Shown here one piece after another: positions 45,098 through 55,244 of a stretch of 64,000 nt of DNA. This DNA is from an uncultured delta proteobacterium. GTDB taxonomy: Bacteria; Desulfobacterota; Binatia; Binatales; Binataceae. Each line of letters starts with the position of its first letter. Within the stretch, counting starts at the first letter, position 1. The notes beneath the pieces are model-generated. The model had not been told where the DNA came from. It ran no database searches and worked only from the letters and a program-made list of their open reading frames with translations. The stretch is taken from assembly GCA_963835905.1 (NCBI GenBank), contig CAWIHG010000003.1, positions 152,857-216,856 of the forward strand. The letters run 5' to 3'. The translations under genes were made by a program, and so were the position numbers.

Positions 45098-48000
45098 TGC
45101 CGCGAGACTTCGCCATGAGCCAAATGCGGTCCGTGGCCTCGCACGGAACCCACCGTCGGATCTATTCGACCGACGGAACGAACTGGTACGACCTCGCGAT
45201 CTTCGCTGGCGCGCTTGCGCTGGTGACTTTGACCCCGTTCGCGATGGGTGCAGTGCATCCGTGGGCCTTCATCACGGCCGAGGTTGTAATTCTTGCGATG
45301 GTTGGGGTGTGGATGGCCAAGCTAGCCTTGGAGCCGCCGATCATATTCCAGCCCACCTTCGCCAATCTCTTCAGTGTCGCGCTGCCGCTGGTGCTGTTCC
45401 TGGCCCTGGCGGCATTTCAATTGCTGCCGCTGCCGCCCGCGGTCCTGCGCGCTATCTCGCCCGCGACCTACAACTTATACGTTCACACGCTGGACGGATG
45501 GCCCGCGCAGCCCGCCTACCATGACATGCTCTCGCTTGCGGGCAAGGATTCGCCCGAACATCTCCAGGCCCTGCTGCCGACCCCGCGCGAAGCCAGCGCC
45601 GGAGCCCCCATCCCCCGCACCCACGCCCCGCCGTCGGGTGGCCGAGCGGGCGCAACCGCTGTCGCGGTCCAAGGTCCGGGCTCGAGTGCGCGATGGCTTC
45701 CGCTGTCGATCGCTCCCACGCTCAGCCGGGAGTTGGTGCTCAAGCTGACGGCATATTCCGCGCTGTTCTTCCTGGTGCTGCTCTACCCGTTCGGGCCCTC
45801 GCTCAATGGCGAGACCGAAAAGCGTTTCTACCGCTACCTGCTGATCGCGCTGCTCGCGACGGGTCTGACGGTGAGCTGCATCGGAATCCTGGAACGCGTG
45901 CTTTGGAACGGAAAAATATTGTGGATCTTCGTTCCCTACGATTGGGGCCGCGCATTGCCCGACGCGATGAACCGGGCGCGTGGGCCGTTCGTGAATCCCG
46001 ATCATTTCGGCAGCTATCTCAACATGGTGCTGCCAATCGCGATCGCGGGCGTGGTGTTCCCGACCTTCCTGGTCCGTCGCCAGAGTGAACCATTCCGGGT
46101 GTTTTGCGCGGTCACGGTTCTGGTCGAGAGTCTGGCGCTGCTACTCAGCCTGTCGCGCGCCGGATGGATCGGAGCGCTGATCGGATTCGCTTCGCTGGTT
46201 GCGCTCTCCACTTTCATCCCGCGCGAAAAGCGTCCCGCACTGTTTCGATTATCATGGAAGGCGGCCGCGCCACTGTGCGCATTGGCGCTGGTCTTGATCA
46301 TAGCGACTTCCTCGCTGGTCGCCGGCGGCTCGGGGCGGCAGGCGGCCGATCAGCGTCTCCAGGAGACCATCAGCCAGCATCAGAGCCTCGAGTTTCGGTT
46401 CGGAGTGTGGCGTGACACGCTGCCGATGGTGCGCGACTTTCCGCTGTTCGGCATCGGGCTGGGCACCTTCCAGGACATATTCGCCCATTACAAGACGCCG
46501 CCGTGGATGGAGAATTCAATCCGCGAAGCTCACAACGACTATCTCGAGCTGCTGGCCAGCGCCGGCGTGCTCGGCTTCGGATTGCTCGGTTGGTTCCTGG
46601 TCGCGGTCGGAGTTCGCCTCTATCGCGGAATCCGAGCGCTTCCGCCCGACATCCTGCCGGTCGGCGCTGCGCTGACCGCCGGGATGGCCGCGATGGCGTT
46701 CCAGGAGTTATTCGATTTCAACCTGCAGATTCCCGCCAACGCGATTCTGCTGACCCTGCTGATGGCGCTGGCGTTCAGACTGGTCGCGATGACCCGGCAG
46801 AGCAATCCCGAACCGCGACCGCGGACGCTGCGCACCTTGGCACCGCCCATCGGCACCGCAGCCGCCGCGGCGGTGATCGCGGTCATCGCGATGTACCAGC
46901 CCAAGGTTCCTTATCCATACGGCCTCGAGCCTCCACTTACGCCGGCCGCGGCGCGATCAATAATTCTCGCGCATCCCGCCGCCGCCGAGCCGCATCTGTG
47001 GATGGTGCGTGCGCTTGGCAAGCGGCTGCCGACCGAGATGCGCGAGCAGGAAATCGCAACCGCGGTATGGCTGGATCCCACCGATCCGTTCGCGCGCGAC
47101 CTCTATGCGCAGACCCTCGTATGGGACGGAAAGAAAGACCAGGCTCTGCGGCAGGTCTCACGCTCGGTCGAGATAGCCCCGTGGGCCACTGATCACTTTT
47201 ATCTCAACCCCCGGCTGGTGCCGTGGCTGTCGCAGCCCGAACGCGACGCGATCGAGCGCGGCCTCAAGCGGGCAATCGGCGACGACTACCGGGCCGCGAT
47301 CTGGACGCTGGCGGGACTGTATCACGAGTTGCATCAGTACCGGCGTGAGAGCGCGCTGCTGGTAAATGCCGCCGCCTCGGAATCGGCACCCGGGGCACGG
47401 GCAGATCTGCTGATCTCGGCCGGAACCGCGGCGGCAGGGTCCGGCGATCTGGCGTCCGGCGAGCGCGAATTGCGCGAGGCCGCAGCTTACGATCCGACCA
47501 ATCCCGCTCCTTATCACTACCTCGCCACCATGATTTACGCGCCGCGTGGAAATCTGAAGCAGGCGCAGGCGGCGATCCAGCAGGGCATCGACCGCGGCGC
47601 CGATCTATTCAGCCTCTATTGTGCGCTTGGCGACGCCGCGCAAGCGGTCGGAAACGGCGACGAGGAGGAAAGCGCGCTCAAGTCGGCGCTGGAACTCCGT
47701 CCCGCGGACCTCGGGGTGAGCGAGCGTCTGGCTTCTCTGTACATGGGGCAGAAGCGCTACGACCGTGCGGTGCTGCTTCTCAAGGGCGTCACCGAGATGC
47801 GGCCGAACTCATCCGAGGCGTTCTATCATCTCGCGCAGGCCGAGGAAGCGGATTACCAGTTCTTCGACGCCGGGCGTGACTTCGCACACGCGGTTCAACT
47901 GGCGCCCCAGAACGAGGCGATGAAAGCTAAGTACGCCGCTTTCCAGAAACGAGTGGCCCAATCGGGCGGAGTGACCGCCGCGGCCGTTGAGGCGCCATAG
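45097..48000 (+). CDS. O-antigen ligase/Wzy_C-family polymerase fused to C-terminal TPR-repeat domain (967 aa)
   Basis: N-terminal ~600 aa polytopic, with the Wzy_C-like loop (…LLSLSRAGWIGALIG…). The C-terminal ~300 aa are TPR-like repeats (…AAYDPTNPAPYHYLATMIYAPRGNLKQAQAAIQQGIDR…). Start is a GTG overlapping the wzc stop, or ATG 45115. Confidence 0.7.
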   Translation: MPRDFAMSQMRSVASHGTHRRIYSTDGTNWYDLAIFAGALALVTLTPFAMGAVHPWAFITAEVVILAMVGVWMAKLALEPPIIFQPTFANLFSVALPLVLFLALAAFQLLPLPPAVLRAISPATYNLYVHTLDGWPAQPAYHDMLSLAGKDSPEHLQALLPTPREASAGAPIPRTHAPPSGGRAGATAVAVQGPGSSARWLPLSIAPTLSRELVLKLTAYSALFFLVLLYPFGPSLNGETEKRFYRYLLIALLATGLTVSCIGILERVLWNGKILWIFVPYDWGRALPDAMNRARGPFVNPDHFGSYLNMVLPIAIAGVVFPTFLVRRQSEPFRVFCAVTVLVESLALLLSLSRAGWIGALIGFASLVALSTFIPREKRPALFRLSWKAAAPLCALALVLIIATSSLVAGGSGRQAADQRLQETISQHQSLEFRFGVWRDTLPMVRDFPLFGIGLGTFQDIFAHYKTPPWMENSIREAHNDYLELLASAGVLGFGLLGWFLVAVGVRLYRGIRALPPDILPVGAALTAGMAAMAFQELFDFNLQIPANAILLTLLMALAFRLVAMTRQSNPEPRPRTLRTLAPPIGTAAAAAVIAVIAMYQPKVPYPYGLEPPLTPAAARSIILAHPAAAEPHLWMVRALGKRLPTEMREQEIATAVWLDPTDPFARDLYAQTLVWDGKKDQALRQVSRSVEIAPWATDHFYLNPRLVPWLSQPERDAIERGLKRAIGDDYRAAIWTLAGLYHELHQYRRESALLVNAAASESAPGARADLLISAGTAAAGSGDLASGERELREAAAYDPTNPAPYHYLATMIYAPRGNLKQAQAAIQQGIDRGADLFSLYCALGDAAQAVGNGDEEESALKSALELRPADLGVSERLASLYMGQKRYDRAVLLLKGVTEMRPNSSEAFYHLAQAEEADYQFFDAGRDFAHAVQLAPQNEAMKAKYAAFQKRVAQSGGVTAAAVEAP

Positions 48001-48007
48001 CTGAACG

Positions 48008-49537
48008 ATGGACGAGCAGAAACTCTACGACGACGCATCTCTAACCAGCGGCCGCCGGCTCGCCCGCAACGTCATCTGGAACGGCTTGGGCGAAGCGGGA
48101 CCGCTCGTCGCAGCAGTCATCGCGATGCCGATCCTGGTTCATCAACTCGGCACCGAGCGCTTCGGAGTTCTCGGTATAGCATGGACCGTCTTCGGATATT
48201 TCGGATTGTTCGACCTCGGGCTGGGGAGCGCACTCACCAAGGTCGCGGCCGAGCGGCTTGGTCAGGGCCGCGACCGTGAAGTGTCCGGGCTGTTTTGGAC
48301 CTGTCTTGCGATGATGACGAGTCTGGGAATTTTTGGTGCGATAGTCTTTCTCCTAGTTAGCTCCTCCCTCGCCCATCGGATTCTCCGGATCCCCGTCGCG
48401 CTGCAACCCGAGGCCCTGCGGGCGTTTTACGTGCTGGCGATCGCTCTGCCGATCGTTATCAGCTACAGCGCTATGAACGCGCTGCTCTCGGCCTACCAGC
48501 GCTTCGATCTGATTAATCTGGTACGGACGCCCATCCGCGTCTTTTCGCTCATCGGGCCATTATTGGTTCTTCCGTTCTCCAACAGCGTTGCGACCGTCGT
48601 TGTAGTCCTGCTGGCAGGACACTTGATTTCCTGGGTCTGGCTATTCTTACTCTGTCTCGGCAACGTTCCGGATTTGTCGCGCGACCGGTGTTTTCGGCGC
48701 GACATGATTCGGTTGCTCGGCAGCTTCGGCGGATGGATCTCCGCCAGCAGCGTCGCTGTCATCCTGATGGCGAGCGCGGATCGGCTGTTTCTGGCGGCGT
48801 TGGTGTCTCTCACGGCGGTGGCCTACTACGTCGTACCGTTCACCATCTTTCGGAAACTCCGATTGGTACCTGGATTTTTTACCGGTGTACTCTTTCCGGC
48901 CTTTGCTCACGTTCTGACGGGCGATCAGCGGTCTGCGGCGAGGTTGTTCGACCGGGGAGTGAAAGTCGCATTCCTGACACTGCTTCCGATTGCGCTCGTC
49001 GCTGCGGTCTTCTCGCGAGAACTGTTGACCGTCTGGATCGGCAGCGGCTTCGCGAATCAAAGCGCAGTCATCTTGCAATGGCTTGCCCTGGCTGCGGCGG
49101 CGATCACGCTCGGAGACGTGCCCTCCGCACTTGTGAGCGCGGCTGATCGCCCCGACCTCAACGCGAAGCTGCACGCGATTCAAGTCCCATTCTATCTCCT
49201 GATCACCTGGTGGCTTGTCACGACTTGTGGGGCCAAGGGTGCTGCGATTGCGATGGCTATACATGGCGTGGTCGACACGATCGGACACCTGGTAATTGCA
49301 CAATATATCCTCCCGGACATCACCGGCGACGTCCGGCGGTTCACGTGGACGCTGCTTCCGTTGTGCGCGTGCGTGGTGATTCCCGCCTTTGTGCCAGGCC
49401 TAATGGAACGAATCGTATTGCTCGGCGTGGGATTCACCGCCGCGGCACCGACGGTTTGGCATTTGATTCTGCGCAGTGAAGATCGCGCGCAAATCAAAAG
49501 GTACCTGCGGTCAATGAGACTCGCGGATAATGCGTGA
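48008..49537 (+). CDS. wzx: polysaccharide flippase (Wzx, MOP/MATE-like oligosaccharidyl-lipid flippase family)
   Basis: 509 aa with ~14 TM helices. The N-terminal region ...LARNVIWNGLGEAGPLVAAVIAMPILVHQLGTERFGVLGIAWTVFGYFGLFDLGLGSALTK is typical of Wzx/RfbX. Confidence 0.75.
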   Translation: MDEQKLYDDASLTSGRRLARNVIWNGLGEAGPLVAAVIAMPILVHQLGTERFGVLGIAWTVFGYFGLFDLGLGSALTKVAAERLGQGRDREVSGLFWTCLAMMTSLGIFGAIVFLLVSSSLAHRILRIPVALQPEALRAFYVLAIALPIVISYSAMNALLSAYQRFDLINLVRTPIRVFSLIGPLLVLPFSNSVATVVVVLLAGHLISWVWLFLLCLGNVPDLSRDRCFRRDMIRLLGSFGGWISASSVAVILMASADRLFLAALVSLTAVAYYVVPFTIFRKLRLVPGFFTGVLFPAFAHVLTGDQRSAARLFDRGVKVAFLTLLPIALVAAVFSRELLTVWIGSGFANQSAVILQWLALAAAAITLGDVPSALVSAADRPDLNAKLHAIQVPFYLLITWWLVTTCGAKGAAIAMAIHGVVDTIGHLVIAQYILPDITGDVRRFTWTLLPLCACVVIPAFVPGLMERIVLLGVGFTAAAPTVWHLILRSEDRAQIKRYLRSMRLADNA

Positions 49538-49540
49538 GCG

Positions 49541-51361
49541 ATGAGTGCGAAGAACCCACAGATTTCGGTGTTCATGCAGCCGACCGTTGCCAAGCGGACT
49601 CAGAAATGGATAGTCGCGAATGTTCCCTTGGCACGGCCGGCGTTGCATTGGTCAAGGCGGCTGTTCGGGACTCTGAGATCGGGGCTCCGCTTTGACGGGA
49701 GACCCGGGTCCCATATTTCTCGCCGGGTTGACGGGCGAAGACCGCGAATCTGTATCCTGGCGGACCGTCGCGAGTGGGCTTACGACATAAGCGCGCGCCA
49801 ACTCAAGCGGCATCTTGCCGATGAGTTCGACATCGTCATTCGCTATGTAATCGAAAAGCCGCGGCTTTCGGCCGGTGAATTTGACCTTCTTCACGTGTGC
49901 TTCTGGGGGGAAGATTACTACCGGCCATTTGGCTTCGACCGGGAGCGGATAATCAAGCAGATCTCGAGCCATCGCTGGCAGGACGATCCGCGTTACGGCC
50001 CGTGCACGCCCGAGGAGTTCGCCGAACGCTATTTGTCGGACTGCGATACCGTAATTTGCAGCTCGCACCGGCTGGCCACGCTTGTCCAGAACGTATTCGG
50101 ACGAACATTCCACGCGCCGAATGGAGTCGACACGGAGCAATTCGGACCTACCGCAAGATCGAACCACGCTGAAACCACATTTGGATGGGCCGGAAACGCC
50201 GCCGATCCGGTCAAGGGATTCCGCGAACTCGTCGTGCCCGCATGTGGCGATCGATTTAACCTAATCGCTGCGACGGGCGGAGTCCGCCATGCGAAGATGG
50301 TGGAGTTCTATCGCGGAGTCGACGTTTTCGTGGTCTCGTCGCGGCATGAGGGTGAGCCGCTGCCACTCATCGAAGCCATGGCCTGCGGCTGCTTCCCGGT
50401 CTGCGTGGACGTCGGGATTGTACCCGAACTGATCGATCATGAGAGGAATGGTTACATCGTGCGGGAGCGCACGGTGGAAGCCTTTCGGGCAGCTTTCGAA
50501 TGGTGCGAGCGTAATCCTCAGCTGGTGCGCACCGCCGGACTCGCAAACGCCGCTCAGATCGCCCGTACGTGGAATTGGCCCGCCTGCGCGGACGTATTCA
50601 GGCGGATCTATCGGGATACCTTGTCGCGCGCTGACCGCCCCCGATTTCGCAATGACGATGTGTCATGGGATACCTCGCTCGAAGACTTTCGCCGCTTTTG
50701 CGCGGTGTTCCACCAATACGGTCAGAGCCAGATTCATGGGATCACCCTGAGAGGAAACACCCACGTTGTTTATGCGCACCACGGGGCCGAGGTCGAGTAC
50801 GAGGGATTTGAAACCATCGCGAACCTCGATAACGCAACAATCCGGCGGCTCTCCGCCGGAAAGAACTTCGAGGATCGGGCCGATCTTATTGACTGGTTGA
50901 ACGCGATTACGGACGAACTTGCGTTGCATGGTCTGTATCACACCGATTACTCGATTATGTCCGACCAGGAGCAGGACCGGGACATCGGTGAAGGTTTGGC
51001 CTTGATGCGCACATTGTTTCCGGGGAAGCGCGTCCGCTACTTCATTGCTCCCTTCAATCGCACCAACTCGGCGACCTACTCAGTCGCCCGCCGTCACGGC
51101 CTCACGGTTTTGGCGGCCGAGGGGGTGCACCTCGAGGAAGAGATAGATAGACTCGTGGTGCGGCCTGGAGAATGGTATCGCTACCATCACCACCGCTTTT
51201 ACCCGGAAAGCCGATTTTCCTATTACAACCTCACCATCGAGAAGCTCGACGAGGCGTTGCGAAGGAACTTCGGTGCGCAACTCTCAGAGACGAAGAGGCT
51301 CTCGACACGGTATTCCGACGACCCAAATGCTTCAGTTCAAGTTTCCTCCGACGACCAATGA
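49541..51361 (+). CDS. glycosyltransferase family 4 fused to a C-terminal ~250-aa His-rich domain of unknown function
   Basis: The GT-B C-terminal half carries the E-x7-E motif (EGEPLPLIEAMACGCFPV). Residues ~360-606 (…HGITLRGNTHVVYAHHG…HGLYHTDYS…YFIAPFNRTNS…) form a separate domain. It is possibly carbohydrate-esterase/deacetylase-like; this is inference. Confidence 0.7.
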   Translation: MSAKNPQISVFMQPTVAKRTQKWIVANVPLARPALHWSRRLFGTLRSGLRFDGRPGSHISRRVDGRRPRICILADRREWAYDISARQLKRHLADEFDIVIRYVIEKPRLSAGEFDLLHVCFWGEDYYRPFGFDRERIIKQISSHRWQDDPRYGPCTPEEFAERYLSDCDTVICSSHRLATLVQNVFGRTFHAPNGVDTEQFGPTARSNHAETTFGWAGNAADPVKGFRELVVPACGDRFNLIAATGGVRHAKMVEFYRGVDVFVVSSRHEGEPLPLIEAMACGCFPVCVDVGIVPELIDHERNGYIVRERTVEAFRAAFEWCERNPQLVRTAGLANAAQIARTWNWPACADVFRRIYRDTLSRADRPRFRNDDVSWDTSLEDFRRFCAVFHQYGQSQIHGITLRGNTHVVYAHHGAEVEYEGFETIANLDNATIRRLSAGKNFEDRADLIDWLNAITDELALHGLYHTDYSIMSDQEQDRDIGEGLALMRTLFPGKRVRYFIAPFNRTNSATYSVARRHGLTVLAAEGVHLEEEIDRLVVRPGEWYRYHHHRFYPESRFSYYNLTIEKLDEALRRNFGAQLSETKRLSTRYSDDPNASVQVSSDDQ

Positions 51362-52638
51362 GAATTGCGTTTCTAACTCCCGAGTACCCATCCGAGTATC
51401 CCGACGCCGGCGGGTTGGCGACCTATGTTCACCGCATCTCGCACTTACTGGCCGAAGCGGGCCACGAGGCCGAGGTGTTCGTTTCGAGCGATAACCCGTC
51501 GGCGACGACGATTGACGATGGCGTGGTGGTGCACCGGATCAATTGGAGGGGTAATATACCCGTCCTCCGTGGCGTTCCTGACATCAGCTCGAGTCGCGAG
51601 CGCAGCGAAATGCTGCGCCATCGTCTGAGCTGGCTCAGGTGGGTGAAGTGGATGCTGCGGGCGAAAGCGGTTGCGGTCGCGCTGGAACGCCGACACGCGG
51701 ACGCGCCGTTTCGGCTTGTGCAAAGCTCCGATTATCTGGCCACTGGATTGTTCGTCCGCCGCCGCGCCGATCGCGTTCACGCCGTGCGATGCAGCTCGGC
51801 GTCGGATCTCTACGGCGACGTTGACCAGACGCCTTCCGTGTTCAAATTGTTGCGCTCGGGTCTGGAACGATTGACGATGCGTGGGGCCGACGTAGTTTAC
51901 GCGCCCAGTAAGTATATCGCGGATCATCTCCGAAGCAGACATGGTCTCGACGTGCGGGTGGTTCGCCCGCCGATTTACTCCGGGCTCCCCGAGGTAGCAG
52001 AGCCGTCGTTCCCGCTGCCGATGCGTTTCCTTTTTCATTTCGGCCAGCTTACAGCGCGCAAAGGCACCTCACTAATTGCTGAAGCGCTGCCGCTGGCGTG
52101 GAAGATCGCGCCGGAGCTCACGATGGTTTGGAGCGGAAATTGTCCCGACCAGAATGATCCGGAACGGTGGCGTTCTCGGTGGGGTGCTCGAGCTAGTCAA
52201 GTCATCATCACGGGACCGCTCGGAAGGCCTGTTCTGTACGGAGTATTGCGTAAGGCCGAGGCCACGGTACTGCCTTCCCAAGTTGATAACCTGCCGAATA
52301 CAGTAATAGAGAGTCTGCTGTTTGGTATTCCCGTAATCGGCTCGCGCGGCGCCAGTATTGACGAGTTGGTGGAGGAAGCCCGTACCGGCCGCCTCATCGA
52401 ACTCGGCGACGTTGATGGCTTGGCGCAGGCGATGGCAACGACCTGGCTCGGAGATCGCGCGGTTCCGAAGGGCTTTGGATGGAGATCTGAACTGACCGCC
52501 GACATGGAACCGCAACGCGCGATAGCCAACCTGATTGCACTCGCGTCCGGCGAAGCCGGAAATTCCGAGGACGAAGCCGGCGGCCATCGGCCGCGCGAAA
52601 CACGCGGCCATGAGCGCACAATGCCGATCGAGTCGTAA
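51358..52638 (+). CDS. glycosyltransferase family 4
   Basis: ATG overlaps the preceding stop (ATGA). N-terminal MRIAFLTPEYPSEYPDAGGLATYVHRISHLLAEAGHE (Glyco_trans_4-like), then a GT1-type C-terminal domain. Confidence 0.8.
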   Translation: MRIAFLTPEYPSEYPDAGGLATYVHRISHLLAEAGHEAEVFVSSDNPSATTIDDGVVVHRINWRGNIPVLRGVPDISSSRERSEMLRHRLSWLRWVKWMLRAKAVAVALERRHADAPFRLVQSSDYLATGLFVRRRADRVHAVRCSSASDLYGDVDQTPSVFKLLRSGLERLTMRGADVVYAPSKYIADHLRSRHGLDVRVVRPPIYSGLPEVAEPSFPLPMRFLFHFGQLTARKGTSLIAEALPLAWKIAPELTMVWSGNCPDQNDPERWRSRWGARASQVIITGPLGRPVLYGVLRKAEATVLPSQVDNLPNTVIESLLFGIPVIGSRGASIDELVEEARTGRLIELGDVDGLAQAMATTWLGDRAVPKGFGWRSELTADMEPQRAIANLIALASGEAGNSEDEAGGHRPRETRGHERTMPIES

Positions 52639-52643
52639 CCGCG

Positions 52644-53480
52644 ATGAAATTCTCATTGATAGTCGCGACGGTGGGCCGCACCGCGCAGCTAGCCCGGTTG
52701 CTTGAGTCCATTGGTGCACAGATCTGGCGCGACTTCGAGCTAATCGTGGTCGACCAGAATGAGGACGATCGGCTGGCGCCACTCCTCGCGCCGTACCGCG
52801 ATCGCTTCGAAATGAAGCACCTGCGCTCGGCGCGGGGGCTATCGCGGGCGCGTAACGTTGGCCTGGCTCAAGTTGATGGAGGGGTCATCGCATTTCCGGA
52901 CGATGATTGCTGGTATGCCGCAGACATCCTTGCACGTACTGCTGAATACCTCGACGCGAATCCCTCGGTCGCGGGATTAACAGGCCGAATAAAGGACGGT
53001 CGGGGAAATGCGCGCGGCCGATGGGCGCGTCATGCGGGTGCAGTTACCAAGCTTGGACTATTCAATCGGATCAACTCGATTACCTTTTTTGTGCGCCACG
53101 AAGCCGTCGAACGAATCGGCGGTTTCGATGAAACGTTGGGACTTGGCGCTCCGACTCCATGGCAAGGCGGCGAAGAGTATGACTATGTAGTTCGCATGCT
53201 CGAAGCCGGCTTCACGATTAACTACGATCCAGGACTGGTTATATTTCACGATGAGTTTCCGTCGCCTGACGAATCAGCGGTAACGCGAGCGCATCGGATG
53301 TGCCTTGGCACCGGCCGATTTCTCAATAAGCATCGCTATCCCGCGTGGTATCTCAGTTACTGGTTCGGGGGCTCGGTGGGGCTGGCGGCATTGGCGCTGA
53401 TCACTGGCAAGCCGTCGCACGCAAAATATCACTGGGTATCGGCGATCGGAAAGATTCGGGGATGGGCGGCGCGCGCATGA
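52644..53480 (+). CDS. glycosyltransferase family 2
   Basis: MKFSLIVATVGR...ELIVVDQNEDDR...AFPDDDCWY shows the GT-A DxD and acceptor-loop motifs. Confidence 0.8.
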   Translation: MKFSLIVATVGRTAQLARLLESIGAQIWRDFELIVVDQNEDDRLAPLLAPYRDRFEMKHLRSARGLSRARNVGLAQVDGGVIAFPDDDCWYAADILARTAEYLDANPSVAGLTGRIKDGRGNARGRWARHAGAVTKLGLFNRINSITFFVRHEAVERIGGFDETLGLGAPTPWQGGEEYDYVVRMLEAGFTINYDPGLVIFHDEFPSPDESAVTRAHRMCLGTGRFLNKHRYPAWYLSYWFGGSVGLAALALITGKPSHAKYHWVSAIGKIRGWAARA

Positions 53481-54412
53481 TACCACGAGTAACCGCGCTC
53501 ATTTCGGTGCGCAATGCCGAATCCACTTTGGCACGTGCGATCGAGAGCGCTCGCGATCAGACCTACACTGGCGAAGTGGAAATTGTGGTTGTCGAAGACG
53601 GCTCCTCTGACCAGACTCCAGCCGCGCTTGCGCGATATACTGGCAGGGTCACAGTGGTTGAGGGTCCGCGGCGCGGCGTCTCGGCGGCCCGCAACGCCGG
53701 CGTACGAGCAGCCAGGGGAGAGTTGGTCGCATTTCTGGATGCCGACGATGCGTGGCTGCCCGAAAAGCTCGAACGAACGATCGCGGCGCTCGATGCAGAT
53801 CAGAACAGCGTGCTTGCGTACCACGATGCGATGGAAGTTGACGCGCGCAGTCGTGTGATGCGCGGCCGGTATCATCCGGCTGGACACACCCGCCCGCCGA
53901 CGCTCGATGAACTGCTGCGGCTTAGATGGGCGGGGTGGCCGATACTTCCTTCAAATGTGGTGATCCGCCGCGATATATACATGAGCTGTGGCGGTTTTGA
54001 TGAACGGCTAGTCAGTTGCGAGGACATCTTTCTCTGGATGCGCGCGCGAGAGCGGGGGCCTTTCGCCTATGTTCCGGAGTCGCTCACGCGACGTCAGTTT
54101 GTGCCCAGTCGCGAGAGGGAAGAGTGGTACCTTGCCGGCGCTCGCGTTCTGGATCATGTCGTGCGCGAACATTTTGGGTCGAGGGCGCGCGCCAGCTACT
54201 TCGCCGAGCTTCTGGCATATGAAGCGGCCCGCGCGCTCCGGCGCGGAGACCGCAGTACCGCACTTGCGCGAGCCGCAAGAGCTGTCCTGCTCGAACCTTT
54301 GAATCCGCGAATACTTGGCGTTTTGGGGCTTTCGTTGCTACCGCTTCACGCGCTTCGCGCTGTTGAAAAGATGATGGGGCGGCAGCACGCGCCGGTGATA
54401 AACCGTGGCTAA
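53477..54412 (+). CDS. glycosyltransferase family 2
   Basis: ATG overlaps the preceding stop. ...ALISVRNAES...EIVVVEDGSSD...AFLDADDAW is the GT-A fold. Confidence 0.8.
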   Translation: MIPRVTALISVRNAESTLARAIESARDQTYTGEVEIVVVEDGSSDQTPAALARYTGRVTVVEGPRRGVSAARNAGVRAARGELVAFLDADDAWLPEKLERTIAALDADQNSVLAYHDAMEVDARSRVMRGRYHPAGHTRPPTLDELLRLRWAGWPILPSNVVIRRDIYMSCGGFDERLVSCEDIFLWMRARERGPFAYVPESLTRRQFVPSREREEWYLAGARVLDHVVREHFGSRARASYFAELLAYEAARALRRGDRSTALARAARAVLLEPLNPRILGVLGLSLLPLHALRAVEKMMGRQHAPVINRG

Positions 54413-54416
54413 CGCA

Positions 54417-55211
54417 ATGATGTTTTCCGCCGCGGAGCGACTCGCCGCGCCTCCGCGAGCCGAAATTCTCGGCGTCGGGGTGAGCGCGATCAACATTCCG
54501 ATTGCGGTCGAGACGATCGGGCAGTGGATCGCCGAGCGCCGCCAGAACTACGTATGCGTCACCGGAGTTCATGGCATCATGGAGAGCCACCGCGACCCGC
54601 ACTTGCGCGAAATCCACAATCGCGCGGGACTGGTGACGCCCGACGGCATGCCGCTGGTATGGATCGCGCGCGCGATGGGGCATAGCCAGGTTGCCCGTGT
54701 TTACGGTCCCGATCTGATGCTCGCGGTGTGTGAGATATCGATCGAATCCGGATGGCGCCATTATTTCTATGGCGGCGCAGCGGGAATTCCCGAGGCGCTC
54801 GCGCGTCGGCTCGGCGAGCGCTTTTTCGGCCTCCAGGTCGCGGGCACCTTTTCACCGCCGTTTCGAGCGCTGACCGGCGCCGAAGACGACGTGATCGTCG
54901 GGCGTATCAATGCCGCCGCGCCCGACATCGTATGGGTCGGAATCAGCACGCCCAAGCAGGAACGATGGATGGCGGAGCATGTGGGGCGAATCGATGCGCC
55001 GGTCCTGGTCGGCTGCGGCGCGGCTTTTGATTTTCATGCGGGGGTCAAACGACAGGCACCGCGATGGATGATGCGGGTGGGGTTGGAGTGGGCGTATCGG
55101 ATGGCGACCGACCCGCGCAGGCTTGGTCCCCGATACCTAATCAACAATCCGATGTTCGTCGGACTGATGCTGCGGCAGTTCGTCCGGCGAATGGCGCTCG
55201 GCTCCGAGTAA
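54417..55211 (+). CDS. WecB/TagA/CpsF family glycosyltransferase (GT26)
   Basis: ...ILGVGVSAINIPIAVETIGQWI...YVCVTGVHGIMESHRDPHLREIHNRAGLVTPDGMPLVW...YFYGGAAG... is the GT26 family pattern. ATG 54417 preferred to GTG 54405. Confidence 0.75.
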   Translation: MMFSAAERLAAPPRAEILGVGVSAINIPIAVETIGQWIAERRQNYVCVTGVHGIMESHRDPHLREIHNRAGLVTPDGMPLVWIARAMGHSQVARVYGPDLMLAVCEISIESGWRHYFYGGAAGIPEALARRLGERFFGLQVAGTFSPPFRALTGAEDDVIVGRINAAAPDIVWVGISTPKQERWMAEHVGRIDAPVLVGCGAAFDFHAGVKRQAPRWMMRVGLEWAYRMATDPRRLGPRYLINNPMFVGLMLRQFVRRMALGSE

Positions 55212-55244
55212 TCGGTAGCGCAGAAGTAAGAAACCGGAGTTAAT

